The notes under the pieces are model-generated. The model saw only the letters and a list, made by a program, of their open reading frames with translations, did not search any database and was not told the DNA's origin. Source: Octopus bimaculoides (Eukaryota). From it: a stretch of DNA of 64,000 bases. The stretch spans positions 40,184,495-40,248,494 of the forward strand of contig NC_068986.1 of assembly GCF_001194135.2 (NCBI RefSeq), written 5' to 3'. This document shows, piece by piece, positions 47,866 to 59,981 of this stretch (position 1 is its first letter; each line of letters begins with the position of its first letter). Both the position numbers and the translations under genes were made by a program.

Positions 47866-50702
47866 ATGAAAATATTAAACAGACTGAATTACCCTTTTAT
47901 AGTATATTTCATAAAGAGTAGAACATCATACTTTAGAGTTTTTGTAGACATTAGTGGAGACAAGCTTGTCAATTCTGTGGTCCCTACCCCTGTTTTTTCA
48001 TTGTTTTTTTTCAAGTATCTCGATGGGATTCCCTTAAATGCCTTTTAATGCATCAAGTTCGTTCTTTTATTTTGATACGGTAGCACATTGAAATTTGCAA
48101 GATAAATTTAGGACTGATACCAAATGCAAAAATATTCTCAATGTTGCTCTACGCATATCGGTCTTTTAAAGGTATTCTACAAAAAAAAAAAAAACCTCTT
48201 TAGAAACCACTAGGTATCTTGTAACCTTCGTCTCATCACTTAAATGGCATCAAGCTCATAAAATGTTTATTTGTATGTGGAGCAAGACTAGAAGAGTGAT
48301 CAACCATTTGTATTTGCTGATGCTTTTGTACAGCAAGGTAACTAAGAATTTACAGTAATCGTATACCTTGTTATTTTCTGAGAACTAAAGTAGATTAGTT
48401 CCCATCATATGTGTCAAGTAACGTGTAAATATTATTGTAAGATATTGGCTCAACACCTCCTCCCTTAATCTTCCTCTCATGTTATCTCTCCAAAATGTCA
48501 TAATTCCCCTCTCCACCTCAGTCTGTCCAAACACCCTTTTTATTTATTTACTTTATAGTTTGTCTTTTTTTAAAGTATTTTATTTTTATTCTCAATATTT
48601 TGTTCTACACTGGTTGGGTAACTTGACAAAACAGGAACACAATATTTGCTCTGAAATGATTACTATAGCTAGTAATAAAAATAAAGGGACATCTTATTAG
48701 TGACAATGGCCTGTACTAAATGACCTGATGTTGAAAAAAAAAAAATTAACCCTCACAGTAGACATCTGATATTCCTTCCTTTACTTTCATTATTTTAAAA
48801 TTGTTCTAAATTTGTTCAGCTACCAAGATAGATGTTNNNNNNNNNNNNNNNNNNNNNNNNNNNNNNNNNNNNNNNNNNNNNNNNNNNNNNNNNNNNNNNN
48901 NNNNNNNNNNNNNNNNNNNNNNNNNNNNNNNNNNNNNNNNNNNNNNNNNNNNNNNNNNNNNNNNNNNNNNNNNNNNNNNNNNNNNNNNNNNNNNNNNNNN
49001 NNNNNNNNNNNNNNNNNNNNNNNNNNNNNNNNNNNNNNNNNNNNNNNNNNNNNNNNNNNNNNNNNNNNNNNNNNNNNNNNNNNNNNNNNNNNNNNNNNNN
49101 NNNNNNNNNNNNNNNNNNNNNNNNNNNNNNNNNNNNNNNNNNNNNNNNNNNNNNNNNNNNNNNNNNNNNNNNNNNNNNNNNNATATATATATATATATAG
49201 TTTAATTTTTTTATATTCTTATAGAAGTTTATTTAAATATTTATATGTATTTCTATTGCCATCAGGTATTGTGCTTGTGTACATGTATACGTGTGTATAA
49301 GTGTAGATATTTCAGTGCCTGTGCAAGTTCAATATTCGTATGTGTATAGAAATATAGATTTTTTTTTCTTATGAAATATTCTCCCGTTTTCGTTTTTGTT
49401 GTTGTCGTTGTAAATGATGAAAGATTAGCACCCCCTCCCCATTTTATGTTTTGAACACCAAGGGGCTAATTATCTCCCTTTATTTTACAAAATGTCAAAT
49501 ATTCATAAAAATGAAACCGTACGAAAGGAAACAATTGCCTTATTATTTTTATATACACACTGTTTTGTATGTGTGTGTGTTCGTTAGTGGAATGTTGTTG
49601 TTGGAATTGTGCAGCTTATTCGTCACGAGATACGCTCACTCTGTCTCTCTTTTGCTTCCTCATTCCAATCCATTCCATTTTTGTTTGCGAGCAATGTAGT
49701 GTGTGCAGGGTGTATGGTTCTGGTTTGGTGGCGGGGGGTGAGTAAGGCCAGATAAAGGAAAAGGGCAGGAGATAAAGACTGCATTGTTGGGAAGATAGGC
49801 GAGATTAAAAGAAAATCGAATAGTGTAGATAGTTAAGGAAAGGAACAATTGAAAAAATAACGTAAAAAAATAAAATAAGGATGCTATTTTAGAGGAATGA
49901 AAAAGAGTAGAGATATCGTTGGTCTCTTCCATACCTGATTAAACAGGCAAGGAAGTCTTCTACGACTCCACACATGTGTCAAAACAGGCATTAATGTAGA
50001 TGAGTCTTTCAGTAGGATCTACGATCCAGTTTCAATGCTTGTTGTTATGTAGTTATATAAGTTTACTCGTGCCGTTCATATCACAGAAAAAAAAATGTAG
50101 ACACCGCTTAGAGTAAAATGCTTTTCTTTCTATGTGCTGTTTTTGAAATCAATTATTTCTTTTTAAATGCTAAACTATTCTTTACAGAAATAAACAAAAC
50201 AAACTGTAATATATATATATCGATCAATTCAACGTCAAAGTAATTACTGGTTGTTATTTTATTATCAAGAACTAGTCTGTCTTCAACAGTGAAACGAAAT
50301 AACAAAGACTTTAGTGTGATTTGAACTAAAAAAATGTGGGGTCAATCAAAATAATATTCTTTACATGATACATCGCTCTCTTCCATCTGAGTCGTTAAGC
50401 CACGACAATTTTTTTCCCTCCTCCTAATCAATACGATTTCCAAATAGTTGTATGATTGAAGAGTTATTTGACACCATTAACAACAGCAGTAGTAGATTGT
50501 CATTCATTTTCATATAAATCTTTGCAGTGTAACTCCAGCAGCACGTGCTGATCATTATTATATTATCAAAAAATTTAAACATCATTTGATAAAATATCTT
50601 ATCTCAATAGGACAATGTATGTTCGTGCGTAGTGTAGATAATTTTAAAATAAAATTAGTATACATGTTTAACCTGTTTGAAAAGCAGATATCACCTTAAT
50701 AA

Positions 50703-50924
50703 TCCTTTCTACTATTAGCACAAGGGCTGAAATTTTGTGTGTGTGGGGGGGGGGTAAGTAGATTAGATCGACCCCAGCACTCAACTGGTACTTAATTTAT
50801 CGACTCCGAGAGGATGAAAGGCAAAGTCGACCTCGGCGGAATTTGAACTCAGAACGTAAAGGCGGACGAAATACCGCTAAGCATTTTGCCCGACGTGCTA
50901 ACGACTCAGCCAGCTCACCGCCTT
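50703..50924 (-). mobile_element. Near-consensus family A SINE adjoining the RTE-c tail
   Basis: Reverse match to 16595-16804. Confidence 0.9.
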
Positions 50925-51145
50925 CAATAATTGGCCCTTTTCGTCTATGCAGACGGTCAATTCAGATTCGAGGTCACTTAATCGAACTTTTTCTCGCAGC
51001 TTCTTTCATGGCTGATTCTTCCTATGATTGAAGTGCAGCTTCTGTCACAGTACTTGCATACCAAGAGGATGGCTCGGCGCTCTGCGTTTGTGTTGTTTTC
51101 CTTTCGCCGCTGACGCTTCTCAACTTGCTTGTTTCTGTAGCGCCT
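50925..51145 (-). mobile_element. RTE-clade LINE 3' end (RTE-c, BovB-like) with intact C-terminal zinc-finger motif
   Basis: Minus frame 51145-50978 is open: RRYRNKQVEKRQRRKENNTNAERRAILLVCKYCDRSCTSIIGRISHERSCEKKFD*; CxxC...SxIGxxSHxRxC is the RTE/BovB terminal motif; short 3' UTR ends AGACGAAAAGGGCCAATTATT. Confidence 0.8.
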
Positions 51146-52839
51146 TCAATATTACCTAATAATAAAATAGCTTAAGCAACAACAACACACTCGATGGGTT
51201 TAGTATCTGTACTCAATTTTATCACTTTTATTTTTCATTGTACTTTGAGGTTGTCAAAGAACCACTTACAGTACAGAGATTTATTATCAGTGTCTTGGAC
51301 TTGAGAACACTAGACCAAATTGAGCACGTCGTGTAACCTCTTTTGTGCATCTCGAGATGCACCGAGGTTTAGCGTATTTACAGAAATCATTGTTTGTTGA
51401 GCAAACTCTTGAGACACGTCCTTGATAAGTTTATCCGAGCTGCAATACTTAGGTCAAACGGAGAATAAAGACAGATACTTTGTTTTTGAATTGATGTTGG
51501 GTGCTCTGCAAGCCGAGGATATTGATATGTTTAACAGTGGGTTCTGCACGATCATACAGTACCAAGGGGGCAATGCTTCAGCGATTTTTCGGGTATGCCC
51601 GCATTAGAGCAATGTGATATTAACGCAATTTCCGCTAATTAACTGTTGGTGGATCTTAAGTCAATCGCATGGTAGCCATGTGTAAGCTAATGTAATTATC
51701 ATTAGTGTAATGCGAGGTATACATTGCCACCATCCCTTTGGCAAAGGTTATCATGTACTTTACTCTGCCACTACGTAAAAGGTAGTTACTTATATATCTA
51801 AAATGCATGTGTATGCGAGTGAAAAATATCAATATGGGCCAAGCACTGATTTGCTATATAGTTTAGAGGAAAAGTGACAAAGGAATGTCATCATTTCTTC
51901 TTTTTTTTTCTTTCACCGATGTTTACATCTTTGGTGAAAAATTCAGTGTTTCACACACCACATGCACACACGATGGGCTTCCACTGTTTTTATTTGCAAA
52001 ATTCCACTCATAAGGTATTGGGCGACTTGAGATTATGGTATAAGAAAATACTTGCCTCGAGTGCAGAGCTGAACGATCAAATCTAGAATCACATGATTAC
52101 AAAGTGAACATGCATTTAAATCTTTTCGTTTTAAATATTGAAAGGGGGAAAAAAAAAAAAAGGTTACGATTTTGGTACAACAGAAAAGTAGAACAGAAAT
52201 TCTGCTTTTAGAATTATGTGTATGTGGGAAATCTCTTGGTGCGAGTTACACGTATGATTTAGTGGAGGCTACTGGTGCTTTTATTTATGTGTGAAGTGGG
52301 GATTTGTCTTAGCCCAGAATATACATACATACATTTTATATAATATGAATGTGATCCTCACTCAGTATCTTTACTTTGCTGTGTATATTGTTTATGGTTT
52401 ATTACAGTGGCTCTCAAACTAACAAAATACCTTCTACTCCACAAACGTAGTGGATGCAAACCCAGTTTTTAAGAAGGGTATTCAAAGAGTGTTCATTGCC
52501 TCCTCCCTTAGAATTTTAGCGGGTGCACTTGCACTTCCTGTACTCGAGCCTACGTCTCTCCAACAGGCAAAAATATTTTAGTGAACTTTCCTCCCTCCTC
52601 CTTATTAATGAGAAAGCAAAATCACTCGTTGTGATGTTGTTGGAAAACTTTAAAAAGTTTCTAAACCATCTAACATTATTAGAAATACCCCTTTTTAATC
52701 CTCACCCCCCACACACCAAGGAACAGGTGTAATTTCCCGGTCCTCTTCTCCCCATGACATTGGCTTCTTATTTCAACGCCTGCTTTTTTCATGTATTTAC
52801 ATATGTACTTGTTAACAGATAAATATCTGCTGCATATTT

Positions 52840-53550
52840 TATCGACCGGGGGCAACTAGTACTTAATTTATCGACACCGAAAGGATGGGAGGTTAAGTGG
52901 ACCTCGGCGGAATTTGAACTCAGAACGTAGCGACGGGCGAAATACTGCTAAGTATTTCGTCCAGCGTGCTAACAATTCTGCCAGCTTGCCGCCTTCATAA
53001 TAATAATGGTTTCCAATTTTAGCACACAGCCAGCAATTCCAGGGGAAGGGATAAGTCAGTTACATCGAATTCAAAAGGATGAAAGGCAAAATCAATCTCG
53101 GCGGAATTTGGACGAAAGTAAATACGTACGCCCACTGTTTCGTTACACCGAAAACGGGTGGTGTACGTATTCTTTACTCAGAACGTAAAGACGATTCTAC
53201 CAGCTCACCACCTAACAACAATTCTTTCTACTATAAGCACAAAACCCGAGGGGAACTAGTCAATTGCATCAACTCCAGGGTAAATTTTCAGATTAACATC
53301 CGCACAGTTTTCTCTCAGGGGTTAGGGTTACGGACGGAATTCCCTAACCCTAAAACCCTAACACCCTAGTGAAAATCGTGCGGGTGTTAATCTGAAAATT
53401 TACCGACTCCACTGCTCAACTGGTACTTATTTCATTGAACTCGAAGAGCAAAGTCGACCCTGGCCGAATTTGAACTCAGAGCATGAAGACGGACGAAACA
53501 CCACTCAGTATTTTCCCGGCGTGCTAACGATTCTGCCATCGCACCGCCTT
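52840..53550 (-). mobile_element. Run of three family A-type SINEs, the last interrupted by a foldback MITE
   Basis: Copies at ~52840-52995, ~53010-53215 and ~53222-53550. Confidence 0.82.
53278..53405. mobile_element. 128-bp foldback MITE with inverted telomere-like repeats
   Basis: 34-bp arms 53279-53312 / 53371-53404 (31/34 complementary); interior GGGGTTAGGGTTA ... CCCTAACCCTAAAACCCTAACACCCT; flanking duplicate ACTCCA (53272-53277 / 53406-53411). Confidence 0.85.
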
Positions 53551-54127
53551 AAAAATAAATAAATAATGTATTAAGCAATCTAATTAAAACTTTATATTTG
53601 TTGATTTAAATTAGTATCAATTCACAAAACTGCTTCGCTTATTTATTTATTTATTTATCAAATGTACACTTTCCTTCTCTATCTCTCTCACACGTGCGCG
53701 CATTCCCCGTTCTTCTAAGACGTTATCGCTTCGGTTATTATTTTCTTAACTTTTAACCCTTTTCATTTTCTTTCCATTCAATTTCATTCTTCCTTTATGC
53801 CGAAACTGCTCTTTACTTTCATCCTTTTATTATCGTATTACAATTTCTTCCTTTCCGTATAAGGGGGTGGGTGAATAATATGAATACAAAAGAATGAAAT
53901 AGAGAATAGAGAGAATAATATATATGAGTGGGTTGTTACTGGATCCAACGAAACGAAAGAGCTAGAGCCAGAGATAGCCCCCACTCGCCGTTATGTTATA
54001 TTAGTTGAAACATTTTATCGAAATATTAACGATACTACTACATTCTAAATACACACCACCCACACACACATATAAATCTCTCCCCCTCACATATTTATTG
54101 TATGTATGTAGTGAGTGTATATACGTG

Positions 54128-54169
<42 letters not shown>

Positions 54170-54269
54170 GCTGATGAAAAAAAATAGAACTCAAAATAAT
54201 ATATGTATATTTTTAACTAATATTTAGTGAGTGTGTGTGTGTATGTATGTATATATATTTACACACACG

Positions 54270-54548
54270 CAGGGTGGGCCAAAAGTCACGCACGAAATAA
54301 GTTCAATACGCTCCGGAATTGTCAAAGGCATACTTCAGTTTTTCTAAAATTGAATAAAATATATAAATTAATGAATACACACGTACTTGTACATGATGAG
54401 CAAAATGAATGATAGCGTGATATNNNNNNNNNNAAATATATAAATTAATGAATACACACGTACTTGTACATGATGAGCAAAATGAATGATAGCGTGATAT
54501 AAAAAAAAAAAAAGTCAAATGTTGGTCCGTGACTTTGGGCCCTCCCTG
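54270..54548. mobile_element. Tc1/mariner-type MITE (length inflated by an assembly overlap)
   Basis: TIRs CAGGGTGGGCCAAAAGTCACG / CGTGACTTTGGGCCCTCCCTG (19/21); 67-bp duplicate on either side of the 10-N gap. Confidence 0.8.
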
Positions 54549-55624
54549 CGTGTGTGTGTATATATATATATTTTTATATGTACACATGGACATTGTGTCC
54601 TCTGTACATGGGTCTCTGACATTTATTTCTTTAGCTGGTTTGTACCATGTTTTTTTTTTTTTTTGGTGGGAAGGGTCAAGCCTTAGTTTTCACTCGTGTT
54701 TATTACTGTTTGCCTGTCTCTATATCGCAGAGAGCGATCTAAAGATCGCCAGTATTAAAGAGACACCGACACACACACACGTACAGAAATATATTGAACA
54801 TGTTCACAAATGTTTTCCATTTACGTGTTGGTTTTTGGCTATTTTAATTATTTTCCATTTTACTTGTACGGACGGTTGTAATCTATATATTTATCTTCTG
54901 CGAACTTTCTGAAATAGAATTTCAAACCCACCACCCCCGTTTCATTCTGTCATTCATTCATTTGCATGTCTTCAATGCTTACTTCTTCAATTCTACTTTT
55001 TACGATATATCGTAAATCTTCCTTTGGTTCTTCTTTCTCAGTCTTTCTTTTCCTGCTTGCTTATTGCTTCACTTGTACTACTATTTGTAGTATTGCTAGT
55101 ATTACGATCGTAACCATTACTATTAGTACGGCTTGTATTATCACTACAACTACTATTATTAGTACGACTAGATAACCACAACTAGAATACAACTACTATT
55201 ACTATTGTCAACACCGCACCACTGTTACTGTCTCTATCGTCAACATCGCCTCTAATATTAATTACTACGACTGCTACAACCGCCAGTCACTATTACTGAT
55301 ATTACCACTAGTACAACCATCACCACCAGTTTTCCCTCATCCTACCTTGTTATCACTGTTCTTGTCATCACATCTATTAGCTGAACCAGGCTACATACCC
55401 TCGAATTCATCCACTCTCACCGACTCTACATAACCACTGCTGTCAGCGTTCTGCATCCCCTTCTTATAACTCCTTTCTCCTAGCATGCTTCAAGCATGGT
55501 TATTCGGGGTAGGAGGATATTATACTCCTACACTCTCTCTGGGATATAGGGAGATCATCTTTTTCTCCCCTCTACCTACTCTTTTGCAGTATACTATGAT
55601 GAAAGTCTAATTTTTAAATTATTT

Positions 55625-55990
55625 TATCGTTCCTCTTTTACTTGCTGCAGTCATTGGACTGCAGCCTTTTGCGGCACAGCCTTGAAGAGAGTTTTAGTCG
55701 AATAAGTTGACCCCCACCCCTGTACTTTACTTTTGTTTTTAAGTTTGGTACTTATTCTATCAGCTCTCTTTTGTTTACGACCCTTAAGTCACGAGGACGT
55801 AAACAAACCAGCACCGGTTGTCAAGTTGTGGAAACAATCAGAAACACTGACATACATACATACGTATTTATGTATGCCATGTGTTTAAGAAGTTCAGTTC
55901 ACAACCATGTAGTTTCCGGTTTAGTCCAACTGCACAACATCTTGGGCAAGGTTCTTCTACAACTTTGAGCTGGCTAGAGTCTTGTAAGTT
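55625..55990 (-). mobile_element. SINE family B1 (diverged)
   Basis: Tail and head modules recognisable in reverse. Confidence 0.72.
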
Positions 55991-56754
55991 AATTTGATTG
56001 ATAGAAACTGAAAGCAGCTCATCATATGAGTGTGTTATGCATGCATGAGTGTCTTTTTGTCTTGACGTTACATTCTTATTATAAATATTTACTGTTCATA
56101 TGAAAGCAGTGGTTTGTTTGCGATATTCCATGGAAATATGACCGGGATATTGAGCTGTTCATGTGTAAAGGTCTCAGCAGAAATATTGTTTTGCTTGGAA
56201 ACAGATGAAAGTTGTTCACAAGAAGAGCAAATTCCCTGACCTATGTAAGTGTGAAAGAGTGAACCTTAAATCAATGATGATGTAGGTCTCTCTTTGTCTG
56301 TCTCTCTGTCTCTCCCCCTCTCTCTCTCTCTATCTATCTATCAATATATATATTTATATAAAGGGCATTATTATAAAAAAATAACAACGCCACACAGTGG
56401 ACTTCTCAAAATAACCACATTTAGTACCTATGCGAGGAAAAAACAACCAACAGAAGATGACCAACTTTCTTTTAAAATAGACTTAATTGCGTATCGACCG
56501 ATTTCGCGATTACTAGAATGAATCTAGATTTCGTTCATCAGCACAATATTGTCCCAAAAATATATATAAATAAACAGAATTCTCACCTCACCAAAACTGA
56601 ACAACTACGTATCCGACAGAGTAAAGGGAATGAAGTTTATCTGTGTATATCTTCATCAAATTTTTTTACACACTGGCTTCTTGATAACATTCTTGTAAAA
56701 GAGTTTTATCCTTTTTTGAATTTATTTATCAATATATATATATATATATATATA

Positions 56755-57145
56755 TATTCTCTTTTACTCTTTTACTTGTTTCAGTCATTTAACTGCGGCC
56801 ATGCTGGAGCACTGCCTTTAGTCGAGCAAATCGACCCCAGGACTTATTCTTTGTAAGCCTCTTACTTATTCTGTCGGTCTCTTTTGCCGAACTGATAGGT
56901 TACGGGGACATAAACACACCAGCATTGGTTGTCAAGCGATGCTGGCGGGAACAAACACACACACACATATATACGTATATATGACGGGCTTCTTTCAGTT
57001 TCTATCTACCAAATCCACTCACAAGGCTTGTCGGCCCGAGGCTATAGTAGAAGACACTTACCCAAGGTGCCATGCAGTGGGACTGAACCCAGAATCATGT
57101 GGTTGGGAAGCAAGCTACTTACCACACAGCCACTCCTGCGCCTAT
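56755..57145 (-). mobile_element. Near-consensus family B1 SINE
   Basis: Reverse match to 23901-24330. Confidence 0.92.
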
Positions 57146-57510
57146 ATATATATTAGACTGTGATCTTGTTGGTGTATTACTAGTGACCACAGTATTTATG
57201 TCAGTCTACTACTTATTTCAGAGGTTGTTAGTGAACTGGTAAGTTACTGGATATGATATAAATAGCCAACACACACTCTCACATACACAGTTGATATACT
57301 TTTGCACTGCTTCTGTCTACCAAATGCCACTCATAAGCCATTGGTCAGTTGAAAGCTATAGTAGAAAAGTAGAAGGTACTGCCATGGGATCAAATGTAGG
57401 ACCACATGATGCCAATACTTGTGTATGTATATATATAAAATAATAATACAAAGAATATGTATGCATGTATACCCACATATATGTACATACTTACATCTAC
57501 ATGTGTATAT

Positions 57511-57802
57511 AGAGGCATATCAGGGTACAGGACGTTAGAAAAATGAACCACAGACAACGGAACGAACACATAGGAAAACAGATAGCCACTTGAAATTAAT
57601 CCTTCGTCAGCTGCCTCTATTCTAACTAGACATTTTGAAGATAAGGCAGAACGTACTCCAGAATAGTCTCTTCCTGAGTAGTGGATCGACCCACTAAACA
57701 GAGGATTCCAAGGTGGCAAACACAAACCAAGACAAGAAAAAATGGACAGTGAAAACAACATTAAAAAGCCGTACGGCCAAACGCGAATCTGGTATTGAAC
57801 GC
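57511..57802 (-). mobile_element. CpG-rich repeat-like segment between TA microsatellites, possibly a Penelope-like terminal fragment
   Basis: Minus-strand CTGACGAAGG motif (57601-57610) and two local hairpins (57654-57696); family not established. Confidence 0.3.
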
Positions 57803-57816
57803 TATATATATATATG

Positions 57817-57870
<54 letters not shown>

Positions 57871-58287
57871 TTAATTGTATATATGGCTATAAAATTTGTG
57901 TTCATTTTTGTATGTTAGTATTTAGTATATGTATACATACACTAACATGTAAGCACGCACTGTGTTGAATGGAATTAAAAACAAAAAATTCATGCCAAAC
58001 TTTCATGTCACTCTATGCTGCTTACACACACACACACACACACAAAGTTTTAAAAAAGTCTTTGAAAAAAAATGACTTATTCCTGATTCTGCTAGTCCCC
58101 CACTGCCTTCATACACTGATCATCTCACCAATGTGTTGTCAGCTGGAATCCTATTTCTTTTGGTAAAATAGGAAAAACATCCCAGTTTTTTATTTGATCA
58201 TGTGTAAACATTCTCTCTGTTGATTTTATGTATGAAAGTAATTTGATAGTAAAGATAGAGCTGTTATTATTGTTGTTGTTGTTATTG

Positions 58288-58331
<44 letters not shown>

Positions 58332-58624
58332 TCCACTTAGTGAGAAAAGTATAATCATATCATATTTGTGGGTGTGTGATAGACATATACTTCACAAAGC
58401 TCATCTTAATTCATGTAAACGAAATATTCTTTGTTCATTGAGAATGTTCAAAAACTGATTAGAAATAAGTCAGGGCTATGGTTTTCAGCTGGGCTTCATA
58501 GTAAGTTGGGGATCTACAATAAGTATTTTAAAGGTCACTGAAAAAAAGAAAAATTTACTTTAGATATATGTATTGTTATGTATTGCAAGAAACAGCTAGA
58601 TTTCTTTCTCTTACAATTAATATT

Positions 58625-58960
58625 TAGGTGCAGGCGTGGCTGTGTGGTACGAAGCTTGCTTCCCAACCTCATGGTTCTGGGTTCAGTCCCATTGCGTTGC
58701 ACCTTGGGCAAGTGTCTTCTACTATAGTCTCAGTCCAACCAAAGCTTTGTGAGAGGATTTGGTAGATGGAAACTGAAAGAAGCCTGTTATATAATATATA
58801 TGTGTGTTTGTACTCCTACCATCGCTTGACAACCAATGTTGTGTTTACGACCCGTAACTTAGTGGTTCAGCAAAAGAGATTGATAACAAATAAGCCCTGG
58901 TGTGGGTCGATTTGTTTAACTAAAAAGCCCCTTCAGTCTAATTACTGAAACAAGAATAAA
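58625..58960 (+). mobile_element. SINE family B1
   Basis: GCAGGCGTGGCTGTGTGGTACGAAGCTTGCTTCCC...CCTTGGGCAAGTGTCTTCTACTATAG...ACTGAAACAAGAATAAAA. Confidence 0.85.
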
Positions 58961-59039
58961 ATAATAGTTCTACCTACACAAGTTAATGTGTGGAAAACAA
59001 AATAGGAATTTTGAAAGAAGTTTATATAAAACTAGTTTT

Positions 59040-59123
59040 TAAACATTGAATGGCTATGGGGGTCCACCAAAATAAAATAGGGATGAAAGCGGTCCATAGA
59101 TAAATAATGGTTGAGAACTCCTG
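59040..59123. mobile_element. One end of a hAT-type MITE
   Basis: GGGGGTCCA...GGTCCATAG...GGTTGAGAACTCCTG terminal motif; partner end not found. Confidence 0.5.
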
Positions 59124-59269
59124 GTCTATATGGAGGAAGTAAATGGAAATGAGAAATCTTGACTATATTCTATTGTAAGAAAAATATGTGTTTATCAGAC
59201 TTACCTGAGACATCTAGATGTTTAGGCACCTTTCTGCAACTATTCAACTGGGGTGAGTGATTCTAGTAA

Positions 59270-59485
59270 TATTGGTTTCAAATTTTGGCACAATGCCTGC
59301 AGGTTTAGGGGAGGGGCTAAGTTGATTACGTCGATCTCTGTTTTCAACTGGTACTTATTTTATGAACCCTGAAAGGATGAAAGGCAAAGTTGACTGCAGC
59401 AGATTTTGAACTCAGACTGTAAAGATGGACAAAATGCTGCTAAGAATTTTGCCCCTGCTAACAATTTTGCCAGCTTGCTGCCTTA
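59270..59485 (-). mobile_element. SINE family A-type (diverged)
   Basis: CAACTGGTACTTATTTT...GAAAGGATGAAAGGCAAAGTTGAC...TTTGAACTCAG...GCCAGCTTGCTGCCTT. Confidence 0.8.
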
Positions 59486-59981
59486 AAGTGATACAAGTAG
59501 TATTACAGCCATCACTTGTGAATGTGACTTGATGGCATGTACTGTATTTTTACTAACTGTTTTAGACACCCATGTAGTCACAAGTAGGTCACAAGTAGCC
59601 ATAAATATTCTCTTGGTCCTCCATCCCTGATCCTATGTAATATCCAGGGTGTTACTCCTGGAGGCAATGAGGGCTTCACTAGTACTGGGTTACTTACTTT
59701 ACTTAAGCCCTTCATTCCCTATGGAGCACTTTCCATCAATGACTTTCCTCAGCTATTCATGACTCTGAGTTGTCAAGTCCACTCCTTCAGTGGTGAAGAG
59801 CTCATGTAATCACACCCTGGATATTACTGTGGGTCAGGTATCAAGGATGCATGCACATGCATACATTCACATACTTGTATGTACTTTTACTGGTTTAATA
59901 CTTATCCCCACTTAAATGTAGGAACAAGAGTGCATTTTGTACCAAGAGTTTCTATCGTAGTATATCTGTCCCAGTATAGTC

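Noticed and set aside
1522-49300. Long ORFs containing X runs (e.g. 1522..2358, 10957..11361, 29331..30056, 45421..45984, 48812..49300)
   Set aside because: They are open only because N gaps and microsatellites contain no stop codons. Only the pre-gap part of 29241..30014 is real coding-derived sequence (RTE LINE).
45415-53366. TTAGGG repeats as a chromosome end or fusion site
   Set aside because: Only 2-4 imperfect units, internal to inverted-repeat elements.
54164-54175. TATTATGCTGAT, resembling (from memory) the 5' part of lophotrochozoan miR-1993
   Set aside because: Only 12 nt, flanked by (TA)n and poly-A, with no hairpin partner.
54357-54500. 67-bp tandem duplication
   Set aside because: Identical copies on either side of a 10-N gap: typical unmerged contig overlap.
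54966-55400. Thr/Ile-rich mucin-like ORF
   Set aside because: Degenerate ACT/ACC/ATT trinucleotide low-complexity tract with stops; no splice support.
56519-56544. Minus-strand CTGATGA-AC-GAAA-TCTAGA-TTC hammerhead-like motif
   Set aside because: Stem II is absent (2 non-pairing nt) and stem I is only ~3 bp; probably chance.
59199-59262. Perfect minus-strand donor CAG|GTAAGT with a short open frame
   Set aside because: No good acceptor upstream (it abuts a SINE) and no other minus-strand exons to link to.
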